Part shown: piece by piece, positions 41,825-51,645 of the stretch
Position numbering within the stretch: the stretch's first letter is position 1
Layout of the letters: each line of letters begins with the position of its first letter
Assembly: GCA_965218435.1 (NCBI GenBank)
Contig: CBDCKW010000009.1
Coordinates: 1,664,001 to 1,728,000 of the forward strand
Source of the DNA: Truepera sp.
Lineage (GTDB): Bacteria > Deinococcota > Deinococci > Deinococcales > Trueperaceae
DNA: 64,000 bases
Reading direction: 5' to 3'
Notes under the pieces: generated by a model
What the model saw: only the letters and a program-made list of their open reading frames with translations
Database searches by the model: none
What the model was told of the DNA's origin: nothing
Position numbers and translations under genes: made by a program

Positions 41825-42790
41825 CTAAAGGGTTTCCGGGTCTGTCAAGGCGTCAGCGGTGAGCGTCAAACCGATCCGCCCATACGGGGGGCGCGGGTCG
41901 GTACGGACCTGAACAGTAGGGTGAACAGTGGGGTCGTCCGAGGCAAAAGCCGGGTCCCAGAGACGGTTTTGCGCTTCGAAACGAACTTCGGCAAGTTGCG
42001 GAAACCGGGCCAGCAGGTTCTTGCCCATTTCATAGACAAGGTGCTGAATCGAACGGCTGTTAAAGTCGTGAAAGGTCACGGCGGCGAGGTCGCGGACTTG
42101 TTCGGCGGGAACGTAGTGCGCGGTGTCGTCCGAGACCATGTGCGCGGAGTCGGCGTAGCGCCAGAACACGTCCAAGTAGACGAAAAGGGGCCGGTCCTCG
42201 GTCTCGGGCAGGGTCGTGTGGTCGTCGCGGGCAAACCGGGCGAACGAGCTCCCGGTCGTTTTAACGAGTTGGAGCTCGAGCCGCCCGCACTCGTGGTCGG
42301 TCAAGGCGACGCCGCTCGGGGTGCGCTCTAACATCAGTTCAGCCGCGCCGTAATCGTTGCGTGAACGCGAAAAAAGCACTGTACTCGGCGTAAAGCCGTC
42401 CCCGTCCGGGACCAAGGCCGCCGTAAACGGCAGTTCGCGCCCGGTCACGTGGAGCGCCCCCATAGCCGGATACGCCCCTAAAAAGGCCCGCCCGAGAAAA
42501 TCTAGAAAAGACTCGAGGGTACTCCCGCTAAACTCTAAAGCCCGCTTTAAGACAAAGTTTTTCATGGTATCGGTCGCCACGACGTTGTGGTTATCGCCCT
42601 CGGTATAGGCCGCCGTAAAGGGGCCACCTAACACCTGCACGTCAACCTCCACGCTAAAAAGCTCGTTGCCGCGCCCCGTAAAGGCTGATTCGGGGATACG
42701 GGCGACAACCAGGGGCGCAGCCTTAAAGCGGTAGGTTCCGATACCAGCCTTGCCGTAGTCAATGGACGCGAGCTGCACTTTTCTCGTCAT
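41825..42790 (-). CDS. pucL: Urate oxidase (uricase)
   Basis: YGK, VVATDTMKN, VKTTGSSF and SIQ motifs. Confidence 0.95.
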   Translation of the reverse strand: MTRKVQLASIDYGKAGIGTYRFKAAPLVVARIPESAFTGRGNELFSVEVDVQVLGGPFTAAYTEGDNHNVVATDTMKNFVLKRALEFSGSTLESFLDFLGRAFLGAYPAMGALHVTGRELPFTAALVPDGDGFTPSTVLFSRSRNDYGAAELMLERTPSGVALTDHECGRLELQLVKTTGSSFARFARDDHTTLPETEDRPLFVYLDVFWRYADSAHMVSDDTAHYVPAEQVRDLAAVTFHDFNSRSIQHLVYEMGKNLLARFPQLAEVRFEAQNRLWDPAFASDDPTVHPTVQVRTDPRPPYGRIGLTLTADALTDPETL

Positions 42791-43305
42791 ACTGCCCCCA
42801 AAAGCGCCGCCAAGCGGAAACGCGCGATTTCGTAGATTTGTTCCAGTGCCTCGCCCTGTTCGGCTTCGGGTGAGTTGGGCAATCTGACCGCAAACGCGGC
42901 CAAGATGCTCGTTTTGTTGTGACCTTTGACCGCCAAGATAAAAGGAAAGCCGAAACGCGCCCGGTACGCGTCGTTGAGTTCGTGAAACCGCCGGTACTCA
43001 GCTTCGGTCAACCGGTCCAGCCCCGCCCCGGCTTGCTCAAAGCTCGAGGCTTCGGTCAACGCCCCGGCCAGCGCCGCTTTGCCCGCTAGGTTAGGGTGGG
43101 CACGAATCAGCTCGAGCTGAGCTTTAGTAGTTGCGTTAGAGACAGTTTTACACATGGCGCGGTGAAGTTCGTCTAGTGAACCGAACGGACGAGCGTCATA
43201 GGCTCCGGCAGCGACCCACGGCGAGTGCTCGAAGATGTCGGCCAGCACAGCGGTGAATTCCGCTTTGGAAAGTTCGCTGAGCTTGGGGGCTGAGAGGGGT
43301 AACAT
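42787..43305 (-). CDS. uraD: OHCU decarboxylase
   Basis: FEHSPWVA, AHPNL, SFEQ, YRARFGFPFI and IARFRL motifs; GAGGAG RBS. Confidence 0.95.
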   Translation of the reverse strand: MLPLSAPKLSELSKAEFTAVLADIFEHSPWVAAGAYDARPFGSLDELHRAMCKTVSNATTKAQLELIRAHPNLAGKAALAGALTEASSFEQAGAGLDRLTEAEYRRFHELNDAYRARFGFPFILAVKGHNKTSILAAFAVRLPNSPEAEQGEALEQIYEIARFRLAALLGAV

Positions 43306-43363
43306 CGGTCTCCTCGGGGGTGTCCGGGCAAAGCGTAACAGCATGCACAGAAACCATAAACTG

Positions 43364-43392
43364 AGTATAAGTTTTGTACAAAAAAGCGTCAA
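43364..43392 (-). promoter_or_regulatory. Sigma70-type promoter of the urate operon
   Basis: TTGACG-17 bp-TATACT with palindrome TTTTGTACAAAA in the spacer. Confidence 0.7.
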
Positions 43393-43517
43393 TGCGGCGG
43401 GCTATTCTGAAACAAGGCGAGAAATAATAGTGGCCAAACGGTACGAAGAATATAGAATTAAGAAGATGAAATTTAGAGCACCGGTATTTCTCTACCAGCG
43501 GGTTGGGCTAGCTTACG

Positions 43518-43799
43518 TCAGTCGGGCCACGCCCTTGTGCCGCCCGCCAGATGGTAGACGTGCGTAAATCCGGCGGCCTCGAGGTAGAGCCCCGCGAGTT
43601 CCGAAACCTGACCGCGTTCGCAGACGAGGTAAAGAGGCGTGTCTAACGCCAACTCGGGCAGCTCGCCCCGTTGCAAGGCGGTTAGCTCTAAAGGGCGGGG
43701 CTCGAGGCCGAATACCCGTTTGGGGACGGGCCGCACATCGAGGAGCACGCCCCCCACCGCTATTCCGGCGGCGAGTTCAGGTCCTGACACCGCTTCCAT
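43518..43799 (-). CDS. Rhodanese-like domain protein
   Basis: LLDVR, VCERGQVS and HLAGG motifs. Confidence 0.85.
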   Translation of the reverse strand: MEAVSGPELAAGIAVGGVLLDVRPVPKRVFGLEPRPLELTALQRGELPELALDTPLYLVCERGQVSELAGLYLEAAGFTHVYHLAGGTRAWPD

Positions 43800-43802
43800 C
43801 CG

Positions 43803-44720
43803 CTAGGAGGGCACCGACGGCCCCGCGACCGCCGACAACTCACGCGCTGCCACCGCCGCCGCCCCGATCACCCCGGCGTCGGTTCCGAGTTCAGCCAGTA
43901 GTAGCCGCACCGACGGGAACCCCACCGTAAAGCTGTCCGCCGCCGCCTTGATTTTGTCCAGGTAAAAGCTACCGGTTTGCATCATGCCGCCGCCGAGCAC
44001 AAATGCGTCGGGATCAAAAATCTTAAGGAGGTTGCTGAGCGCCAATCCGGTATACAGCGCGGCCTGGTCAACGACCCTGAGCGCCAGCCGCTCCCCCGCG
44101 CGTGCCCGCTCGAACACCTCAAAGGTCGTCATCAAGGTGCCGTAAGCGTGAGAGCCGTCCCTGGCAATCGCGCGGCCCGCAGCGACGGCTTCCAAGCAGC
44201 CGTACTGCCCGCAGCCGCAGAGCGGCCCGCCCGGTTCGACCGTGATATGACCGACCTCGCCAGCGACCCCGTACGCGCCCCGCACCACCTTGTCGCCGAC
44301 GAAGAGCCCGCCGCCGATGCCGGTCGAAACCGTGACGTAGATGCTGCTTTGCAGCGCCTTGGCCGCGCCGTAAAGGTGCTCGGCGTAACCAGCAGCGTTG
44401 GCGTCGTTTTCCAGGGCGACGTTGCGGCTCAGGCGCTCACCCAAATCGCCTGCGATGGGCACGTCCTCGAGCCCCGGAATGTTGGGCGCAAAGACAACTT
44501 TGCCCGCCCGCAGATCGAGCGGCCCCGGCGAGCCGAGCCCGACCCGGCTGATGTCCGGGTAGTCGTGGAGCAGAGGTTGCGCCGCCTCAGCGAGCGCACT
44601 TAAGACTGCGGGGTAGCCTGTACGCGGCGTCGGCAGCTGCTGCCGCGCGAGAATCTCTCCATTTTCGACCACGGCGGCTAAAACCTTCGTGCCGCCCAGG
44701 TCAATCCCTAGCGTTTTCAT
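43803..44720 (-). CDS. ROK family sugar kinase (glucokinase-like)
   Basis: GIDLGGTK, ENDANAA and GEVGH...CGCGQYGCLE motifs. Confidence 0.93.
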   Translation of the reverse strand: MKTLGIDLGGTKVLAAVVENGEILARQQLPTPRTGYPAVLSALAEAAQPLLHDYPDISRVGLGSPGPLDLRAGKVVFAPNIPGLEDVPIAGDLGERLSRNVALENDANAAGYAEHLYGAAKALQSSIYVTVSTGIGGGLFVGDKVVRGAYGVAGEVGHITVEPGGPLCGCGQYGCLEAVAAGRAIARDGSHAYGTLMTTFEVFERARAGERLALRVVDQAALYTGLALSNLLKIFDPDAFVLGGGMMQTGSFYLDKIKAAADSFTVGFPSVRLLLAELGTDAGVIGAAAVAARELSAVAGPSVPS

Positions 44721-44793
44721 GCTGCTTACGCTATCACGGTAAGCCGAACCGGGCAGCGAAGAACGCTAAAGGTACATACAGTCAATGGTGAAG

Positions 44794-46275
44794 CTAACGC
44801 GGCCAAAACGCGGCTGCAGGAAAAGCGCAGAGACTAAGACGTGCGCTGCCCGACGCCGCTTTAGGAAGGTCTAAGGAGATCGCCTCGAGCCCTTCGTCCG
44901 GGTGTCCCTCCAAATATCCCCCGAGGTCTAAAAAAAACTCACCGGTGTTGGGAACGCGGGTGGTGCGGGCAATCCTGATCGGTTCGGTATGGTCCGGGTA
45001 ACGCAACCTAAACTCAAAACGCGTCAGGGTGCGGTCGTCGAACACGAGGTGCGCGTAGAGCCCATCCGCAGAGGCGTCCGGCACGTCCAGCAGCTTCGTC
45101 CAGCCTTTAGGCAAAGCCTCAAACTTACGCCGCGCCAAAGGGTTTGAGCACGCACCGTAAATGCTCGGCAGCACCTGCCGCAGCTCAGCGGCGAGGCTGG
45201 GCCGGTGTTGCCAGCTCATATAGAGCGTTTCCCACAGCAGGACCACCGGGGGATGTTGGCGGAAGTCATTTGAGCGCACATACGCGTCGAGCGAACCGTA
45301 AACGCCGCTGCCGGAGAAGGAGACGTTAAGGACCTCGAGCCCGAGCGACGCTTGCAAAAACCCACCGAAGTCAAGCTCCGGTTGGCCCTCCCCCCGGTGA
45401 CTGTTGCTGGTTCCGGCCAGGACGACGCGCGGCGTTTGGTCGGCAAAAAGCGCCTCACTAACAGGTTCTTGTGTCTTTTTAGGCCGCGTTTCAAACTGCG
45501 CGACGCGTTCACGTGGCCACGAACCGGGGCAGCGTGCTTGCGCCTGCCGCTGGAGCGTTCCCAGTTGCTTTCGGGGTGGACGTAACCGGGTCACGAAGCT
45601 TGTTTTGGGCAGCGGCCCCAGCTGCGTGCTTAGCTGCGTTTTGAGCTGGGCGGCGACCGCTTGGGCGACCGCTCGAGCCGCCCTCGGGGTCCAGTGATGG
45701 TCGCGCTTAAAAAAGAAACCTTCACCTTCTGAACGCGCTACCTCGAGCAGGTCGGGCGCGATAAAGCCTGCTGCTCGCAGCTGGGTTAAAAAGCTCTCGT
45801 AGCCGCGTACGGCGGCCTCGGGGTCGTAGCTGGCCAGCGCCGGATTTAGGTTCATATGGCGGTAGGCGACTGTGCCCCGCGTCGGCACGATGAGCGCAAC
45901 CGGCGTCACGCCTTTGGTTTTAAGCGCCGTGGCGATACGCTCCAGATAGCCCGGAACCGCCGCCGGTAACGCCAAACCGGTGATCAGGTCGGGCCGACCG
46001 AAAAGCCAGCCTTGACTTCCCGCCCAGATGGGCCGCACAGCAGCCTTTTCCGACGCAGCGCAGAGCCGCACGACATTTTGCTTCGGGGCATCTTTCTGTA
46101 CGGCATTTCTCTGGGCCGTATCATTCTGTGTAGTAGCTGTCTGTGTAGTAGCTGTCTGTACAGTATTTCTTTGGGCAGCATTTTGCAGCTTTGCGTCGGC
46201 CAGTGGAGCCGTCACGAGCACACTTAAAATAACGGTAACGAGTACGGCGGTCCACTGGGACAGCCTTACGCCCAC
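44794..46275 (-). CDS. AlgX/AlgJ-like SGNH polysaccharide O-acetyltransferase
   Basis: Signal peptide; GSQGWLF, FFKRDHHWTP, LAGTSNS and LLWE motifs; C-terminal beta-rich domain. Confidence 0.82.
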   Translation of the reverse strand: MGVRLSQWTAVLVTVILSVLVTAPLADAKLQNAAQRNTVQTATTQTATTQNDTAQRNAVQKDAPKQNVVRLCAASEKAAVRPIWAGSQGWLFGRPDLITGLALPAAVPGYLERIATALKTKGVTPVALIVPTRGTVAYRHMNLNPALASYDPEAAVRGYESFLTQLRAAGFIAPDLLEVARSEGEGFFFKRDHHWTPRAARAVAQAVAAQLKTQLSTQLGPLPKTSFVTRLRPPRKQLGTLQRQAQARCPGSWPRERVAQFETRPKKTQEPVSEALFADQTPRVVLAGTSNSHRGEGQPELDFGGFLQASLGLEVLNVSFSGSGVYGSLDAYVRSNDFRQHPPVVLLWETLYMSWQHRPSLAAELRQVLPSIYGACSNPLARRKFEALPKGWTKLLDVPDASADGLYAHLVFDDRTLTRFEFRLRYPDHTEPIRIARTTRVPNTGEFFLDLGGYLEGHPDEGLEAISLDLPKAASGSARLSLCAFPAAAFWPR

Positions 46276-46529
46276 AGTGACCTCCCTACGTCCACAGCTT
46301 CAAAACGAATAGGGACGAACATATGTACTTGAATATACCCAGGATTTAGGCAACGACGCCACTGCAGCTCGAGACAGACAGCTAGAGAAACTGGCCATAG
46401 CCGACCCTAACGTTTACCAACCTTTACTTTTGTGTCCATAACCTATGAAGCTCTATTGACATTGTTCTGTTGACTTTTTGGAATCAGCTCGAGCGTGTTC
46501 CAACGCCGCTCGACATCCCCTCTCTCGTC

Positions 46530-46571
46530 TTGACAAACTAACGTAATTAGTTATAGACTAACGATGTGAGC
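46530..46571 (+). promoter_or_regulatory. Promoter with overlapping candidate TetR operator
   Basis: TTGACA at 46530-46535, palindrome AACTAA-CGTAA-TTAGTT at 46536-46552, TAGACT -10, second imperfect CTAAC box. Confidence 0.65.
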
Positions 46572-46583
46572 AAGGAGATGTAT

Positions 46584-46748
46584 ATGAAGATGAATTCGGT
46601 AACCACGTATTTGCGTTTAGAAGGCGGAGGGGTGTTCGCGCTCAGCATCGGCGCAGATCATCTCTTAGGGTACGGCCTCAAACGGCCCACAGCGTTCCGT
46701 GATACCCATCTCAGCCAACAGCAGCCCGATAAGGTCGTGCCGGCATGA
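46584..46748 (+). pseudogene. Internally deleted DUF4260-like gene
   Basis: N-terminal YLRLEGGGVFALSI joined directly to C-terminal GADHLLGYGLKRPTAFRDTHL. Confidence 0.65.
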
Positions 46749-47635
46749 CCACTACGCCGCACGCTTCTAAAACCGACTTTTTGTCCGAGGTTCCAATTAT
46801 GACGTCCACCGAGCTTCCTCAACCGGCAATCACCCAGTTTTTTCAGCGGCCGGACGGTGTACTCGCCTACGACGACCAGGGCAGCGGTCCATTGATTGTG
46901 GCTGTGCCGGGTGTCGGTGATCTCCGGCGAAGCTACCGCTGGCTCACTCCTCGGCTGGTGGCCGCCGGTTATCGGGTGGTGACCCTCGACCCGCGCGGCC
47001 AGGGCGAATCGAGCGCCCGCTGGCCCGACTATTCTCCGGGGGCCATCGGTGACGACATCAGCGCCTTTATCAAATATCTGGACAGCGGCCCCGCCGTGGT
47101 GATCGGCAATTCCTACAGTGGCGGTGCAGCCGTCCAGACGGCCAGCAAGACGCCGTCCCTGGTGGCGCACCTGATCTTGATTGGTGCGTTCGTTCGCGAT
47201 CCGAAGACCACGGCCCTGCAAAACCTGATGCTGGGCGTGATGTTCAATGGCCCCTGGAAAGTCAACGCCTGGCTGATGTACTTCGGAACGCTCTTCAAAG
47301 GCGGGAAACCCAGCGACGACGTGGCTTACCGAGCGCGCCTGAGTGCGAACCTGCGCGAGCCGGGACGGTTCGCCGCCCTGAAAGCGATGCTGGGAGAAAC
47401 CCGCGCGCCCATCGAGGCGCAACTCGGTGAGGTCCAAACGCCAACCCTGGTGATAATGGGCAGCGCCGATCCTGATTTCTCCGATCCGGCAGGTGAGGCC
47501 GTTTTCATCGCCGGAGCACTACACGGGGAAAAAGTGTTGCTGGATGGGGCCGGACACTATCCCCAAGCCGAACGCCCGAACGTGACGGCGGACGCGATTC
47601 TCAGCTTCCTCGCGGCGCACTCCGATGGCGGCTAG
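46745..47635 (+). CDS. Alpha/beta fold hydrolase
   Basis: LDPRGQGES, GNSYSG nucleophile elbow, GSADPD and AGHYPQ motifs. Confidence 0.93.
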   Translation: MTTTPHASKTDFLSEVPIMTSTELPQPAITQFFQRPDGVLAYDDQGSGPLIVAVPGVGDLRRSYRWLTPRLVAAGYRVVTLDPRGQGESSARWPDYSPGAIGDDISAFIKYLDSGPAVVIGNSYSGGAAVQTASKTPSLVAHLILIGAFVRDPKTTALQNLMLGVMFNGPWKVNAWLMYFGTLFKGGKPSDDVAYRARLSANLREPGRFAALKAMLGETRAPIEAQLGEVQTPTLVIMGSADPDFSDPAGEAVFIAGALHGEKVLLDGAGHYPQAERPNVTADAILSFLAAHSDGG

Positions 47636-48233
47636 ACCTGGGTTGGACACGGCCCAGATTATCGGCGCGGCGGCGGAGCTGGCCGACACGGTGGGCCTTT
47701 ATAACTTCACGCTCAAGGAGCTGGCAGAAAAGCTCAAAGTCAAGACCCCGTCGCTGTACAACCATGTTTCCAGTCTGGACGCCGTTCACCGAGGCCTCAC
47801 CCTACGTGCGTTGCAAGACCTTGCGAACAGTATGCGCGCCAGCGCCGTGGGGTTGGGAGGGGTAGACGCCTTGCAGGGTATCGCCTACGCCGAACGAGAC
47901 TACGCCCACCATCATCCAGGCTTGTTTGCGGCCATCCAACGTACTACCGAGGATCAGGATGAGGAATTACGTTTGGCCGCACACGTCCTGCTCGACATCG
48001 TGCTGGCGGTGCTACGCGGTTACCAGCTCGAGGCTGAGGCCGGCGTCCATGCCGCCCGTGCGTTGCGGGCGGCCCTGACGGGCTTCGTACTGCTGGAATC
48101 CAAGCATGGGTTTGGCTTGCCAACGGAGGTGGATCAAAGTTTCGAGTGGTTGATCGTGATGCTCGATGCCGGGCTGAGGGCGTCCAGAACGCCTGACCTT
48201 GCTCTAACTTCGGGTGAGCCGACCCGGTTCTGA
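47625..48233 (+). CDS. TetR family regulator (WHG-like C-terminal domain)
   Basis: TLKELAEKLKVKTPSLYNHV HTH; ALTGFVLLE...GF C-terminal motif. Confidence 0.92.
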   Translation: MAARPGLDTAQIIGAAAELADTVGLYNFTLKELAEKLKVKTPSLYNHVSSLDAVHRGLTLRALQDLANSMRASAVGLGGVDALQGIAYAERDYAHHHPGLFAAIQRTTEDQDEELRLAAHVLLDIVLAVLRGYQLEAEAGVHAARALRAALTGFVLLESKHGFGLPTEVDQSFEWLIVMLDAGLRASRTPDLALTSGEPTRF

Positions 48234-48256
48234 TGACAGCTCCGTCATCAGAACCG
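48225..48256. terminator. 13-bp perfect hairpin over the TetR stop codon
   Basis: CGGTTCTGATGAC-AGCTCC-GTCATCAGAACCG; no U-tract. Confidence 0.5.
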
Positions 48257-48561
48257 TAGTAACGAGTTGCACTTTGTCCACCTGTTAACCCTGCCAGAAA
48301 GACTTGAACCGCTTGTCAGCTCAGTGTAACGAACCGTATGTTGAAGGTTCTCAACAAAAGCCAAAGACGAAAGTAACTATCAGCAGAGCTCACCTGCGAA
48401 CAGGACAAGGACAGCCAAAGCAAAGATAGCTGACAACGACAAACCGGTTTAGCTCAGCTTTCCCAGTCCACACGCACCGAACATGATTAGCAACACAGCG
48501 TAGTCGGTAGGCTTTACCATGTTTAACTACCGCCGCCGCATTCCGAGTACGCTTAACGCCT

Positions 48562-49578
48562 ATGACTGACGCTGCCTCCTATTCAATCCCGAATTATTCG
48601 AAACCGCTCCCCAACCCCGGTATCCGCGTTAAAAATCTGCAGGGGTGCGCCGATGAGAGCTGGGAGGGGCAAAAGCAGCACGTCTGGGTAGACGTTGAAG
48701 CGCCGACGCCGGAACAGCTCGGGGCGCTCAAAGCGCAGTTTGTTTTTAACCCGCTGGCGTTAGAAGACGTGGTGGCAACAGACCACTGGAGCCGCTTTGA
48801 ACGCTATCCCGAGCACCTCTTTTTAATCTTTCGCACGCTGGCCGAACCCGAGCAGCTGAGTGAGCAAACCTAGGAGCTGGACGTTTTTTGGTTTCCTGAA
48901 CAGCACGCACTCATTACCTTTCGTGATGAGCCGGTCAGCTACTTAGAAAGCGTTTGGAACGACCTCACGACCTTTTCGCAGCGGACCCCGGTGGAGATTC
49001 TTTACGACCTGCTGCAGCGCGGCACCGAGACATTTTTTACATTTTTAGACGGGCTCGAGAGCCGCACCGAAGAGCTCGAGCAGCGCCTGTTTACGGGTTC
49101 ACCCGAACGCCGGAGTGAACCGCGGGAGGTCCGCGCCAAACACCTGTATCAAGAAATCTTTGCTATTAGACGAGCCCTTAACACAACCCGCAAACGCGTG
49201 TTTAGCGCCCGTGAATACGTCACCCAGTTCTCTCGCTACACCGCCGAGGTCTCCCCGGAGGGCGGTATCTATCTGCGCGACGTCGCTGACCATCTTTCCC
49301 GGGTCTATAGCGGCCTAGACGCGGCTCGTGACATTTTAGGCGGACTTTTAGAGGTCTACCTCAACGTCGAAAATCAGCGTCTCAACGAGGTTATCCGCAC
49401 CCTGACAACCGTTTCGACGATCTTTTTACCGCTGACGTTTTTGGCCGGTGTCTGGGGGATGAATTTTAGGTTTCAGCCGGAGTACGGCTGGCCCTACGGT
49501 TACCCGCTCGCATGGGCGCTGTTTATCCTGATCAGCGTGTTGCTGCTCTGGTACTTTAAGCGCAAAAGGTGGTGGTAA
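48562..49578 (+). pseudogene. corA: CorA family Mg2+ transporter with one in-frame TAG (48871-48873)
   Basis: Both ORF pieces share a frame; reads EQT*ELDVFWF...; PLALED and FLPLTFLAGVWGMNF motifs intact. Confidence 0.9.
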
Positions 49579-49765
49579 AATCCTTTTTACAAGCCTTTTA
49601 TTCCAAGCTAGCATAGTTTCTGCTTCTGTCCTTTGTAAGCGCGTAAGAGACGCTGTACTGTTTGGTCAAGCCACCGCCGACCGGCTTACGACTCCTTTTA
49701 CGCACCACGCTGCAGACGCTCCCAGCCGAGTTTAGCAGGTCAATAAAATCCGGCTGCCCCCGAGC

Positions 49766-51037
49766 TCAACCCTGGCCTTTTCGCGCCGCAAACGCTGCCA
49801 ACCGCTCCCGTACGCGGCTCTCCCAGCCCTCGCCGTCGGCTGTGTAATACTCACCCCGCACTTCAGCCGGTAGATACGCCTGCCGAAAGCTCGAGTCCGG
49901 GTCGTCGAAGTAGTAGCGGTAACCCTCGCCGTAGCCGAGGCGTTTCATCAGGCCGGTGGGCGCGTTACGCAGGTGCAGCGGCACCGCGGCTGCGGAGAAC
50001 GTTTCAGCGTCACGTCTCGCGGCTTTCCAGGCCGTATAAACCGCGTTGGATTTGGGCGCGACAGCAAGATACACCGCAGCTTCGGCGAGCGCGAGTTCAC
50101 CTTCGGGAACCCCTAAAAACTGCGCGGCGTCACGGGCCGCGAGCGCCAGCCGCAAGGCGTTCGGGTCGGCGAGCCCAACATCTTCAGAAGCGATCCGCAC
50201 GAGCCGACGGGCAACGTACATGAGGTCGGCCCCGCCGGTTAAGAGCCGCGCGAGCCAGTAGAGCGCCGCGTCGGGGTCGCAGCCGCGGATGGACTTATGC
50301 AGGGCGCTCGTCAGGTTATAGAAATGCTCACCGCCTTTGTCGAAGGCCAAGCCTTTGGCCTGCAGCGCAGCCTTGACTTGGGGCGCGTCCAGCACCCCGG
50401 CCTCGGCGTAAGGTGCGGCGGTCTCGAGCGCCCCCAACGCGCGTCGCCCGTCCCCGTCGGCCCAAGCCGCGAGCATAGCGAGAGCTTCAGGCGTCACGGC
50501 CAAGGCTCCGGCAAACCCGTCCGGGTGAATGAGCGCACGTTCCAGCATGAGTATCAGTTCAGCGTCACCCAGCGCGTTTAAGACGAACAGCTGCAACCTC
50601 GAGCGGAGCGCCCCGTTCACCTCAAACGACGGGTTCTCGGTCGTTGCGCCGATAAAGAGCAGCGTCCCGTCTTCGACAAAGGGCAACAGCAAATCTTGCT
50701 GCGCCTTGTTAAAGCGGTGAACTTCGTCTAAAAAGAGCAGCGTCGCTTGGCCCCTATCCCGCGCCGCGCCCGCCTCCGCCGCCACCACGCGCACCTCTTT
50801 AACCCCCGCGGTTACCGCTGAGAGCTTGATAAAACGTGCGCCGCTGGCCTCGGCTAAAAGCTGCGCCAGCGTCGTTTTGCCGACGCCGGGAGGTCCCCAG
50901 AGCAGGAGCGAACGCAAATTATGGTGCGTGACAGCAATAGTAAGAGGTTTGTCCGGGCCGAGCAGGTGCGTCTGACCGACAAATTCAGCTAGCGTGCGGG
51001 GCCGGACGCGTTCAGCTAGGGGAGCGGTAGAGATCAC
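49766..51037 (-). CDS. rarA: Replication-associated recombination protein A
   Basis: [47 protein letters not shown] and EDVGLADP motifs. Confidence 0.96.
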   Translation of the reverse strand: MISTAPLAERVRPRTLAEFVGQTHLLGPDKPLTIAVTHHNLRSLLLWGPPGVGKTTLAQLLAEASGARFIKLSAVTAGVKEVRVVAAEAGAARDRGQATLLFLDEVHRFNKAQQDLLLPFVEDGTLLFIGATTENPSFEVNGALRSRLQLFVLNALGDAELILMLERALIHPDGFAGALAVTPEALAMLAAWADGDGRRALGALETAAPYAEAGVLDAPQVKAALQAKGLAFDKGGEHFYNLTSALHKSIRGCDPDAALYWLARLLTGGADLMYVARRLVRIASEDVGLADPNALRLALAARDAAQFLGVPEGELALAEAAVYLAVAPKSNAVYTAWKAARRDAETFSAAAVPLHLRNAPTGLMKRLGYGEGYRYYFDDPDSSFRQAYLPAEVRGEYYTADGEGWESRVRERLAAFAARKGQG

Positions 51038-51153
51038 GGCTCGAGTCTATCACGCGGTGTCGGGCAACTTGATACGCCTACACTCAGGTTTTGTATAAAG
51101 TGTGACATAGTTGTAAGACGCTCGGGGCTATAGTTGGAGGGTGAGGTGGCAAG

Positions 51154-51582
51154 ATGTATAAACTTTTTACCCCGTCCCAGGCAACCGAACTTATCGGCGT
51201 CGTGGACCCGATGCTCCGCGACCTGCAAGGGGCACTGAAAGACGTGCAGCGGTTGCAGCAAGAACGTGCTGCGCTGCGTCCGGACAGCCTGCGCGCGCAG
51301 CAGCTGGCCGCCGAACTCAAGTTCGTCATCGAAAGTGCGCAGCTGACGAAAGGCGAACTCGACCGTTTGGGGGTCTTCGTTAAGGACCTTGAAAAAGGCG
51401 TCGTGGACTTTCCCGGTAAGCTCGGCGCGGAGGTCGTTTACCTCTGCTGGGCGCAGGGTGAAGACGCTGTCACACATTATCACGCGCTCAGCCAAGAGGT
51501 AAAAGAGCGGCAACCCTTGCCGCCAACCGGCACACAAACCGGGACGCAAAGTTCGGCACTTTTGGGGGCGGCGCAGGCTTAA
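51154..51582 (+). CDS. DUF2203 family protein
   Basis: GVFVKDLEKGVVDFP...VYLCWAQGE...HYH. Confidence 0.88.
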   Translation: MYKLFTPSQATELIGVVDPMLRDLQGALKDVQRLQQERAALRPDSLRAQQLAAELKFVIESAQLTKGELDRLGVFVKDLEKGVVDFPGKLGAEVVYLCWAQGEDAVTHYHALSQEVKERQPLPPTGTQTGTQSSALLGAAQA

Positions 51583-51645
51583 CCACGTGCGTCACACTTA
51601 AAGGTTAACTTTGTAGCGTAATCTTGACCCGGAGGTGGTGCGAAG

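Noticed and set aside
46126..46160. 15-bp tandem repeat in the AlgX-like gene
   Set aside because: In-frame low-complexity linker (QTATT); not a phase-variation tract.
48290..48521. Hydrophobic minus-strand frame with several stops
   Set aside because: Might be a decayed membrane-protein gene but I recognise no family motif.
41807..51549. Long antisense ORFs such as 41807-42331, 43977-44603, 46658-47437 and 51034-51549
   Set aside because: Shadow frames of well-supported genes on the opposite strand in GC-rich DNA.
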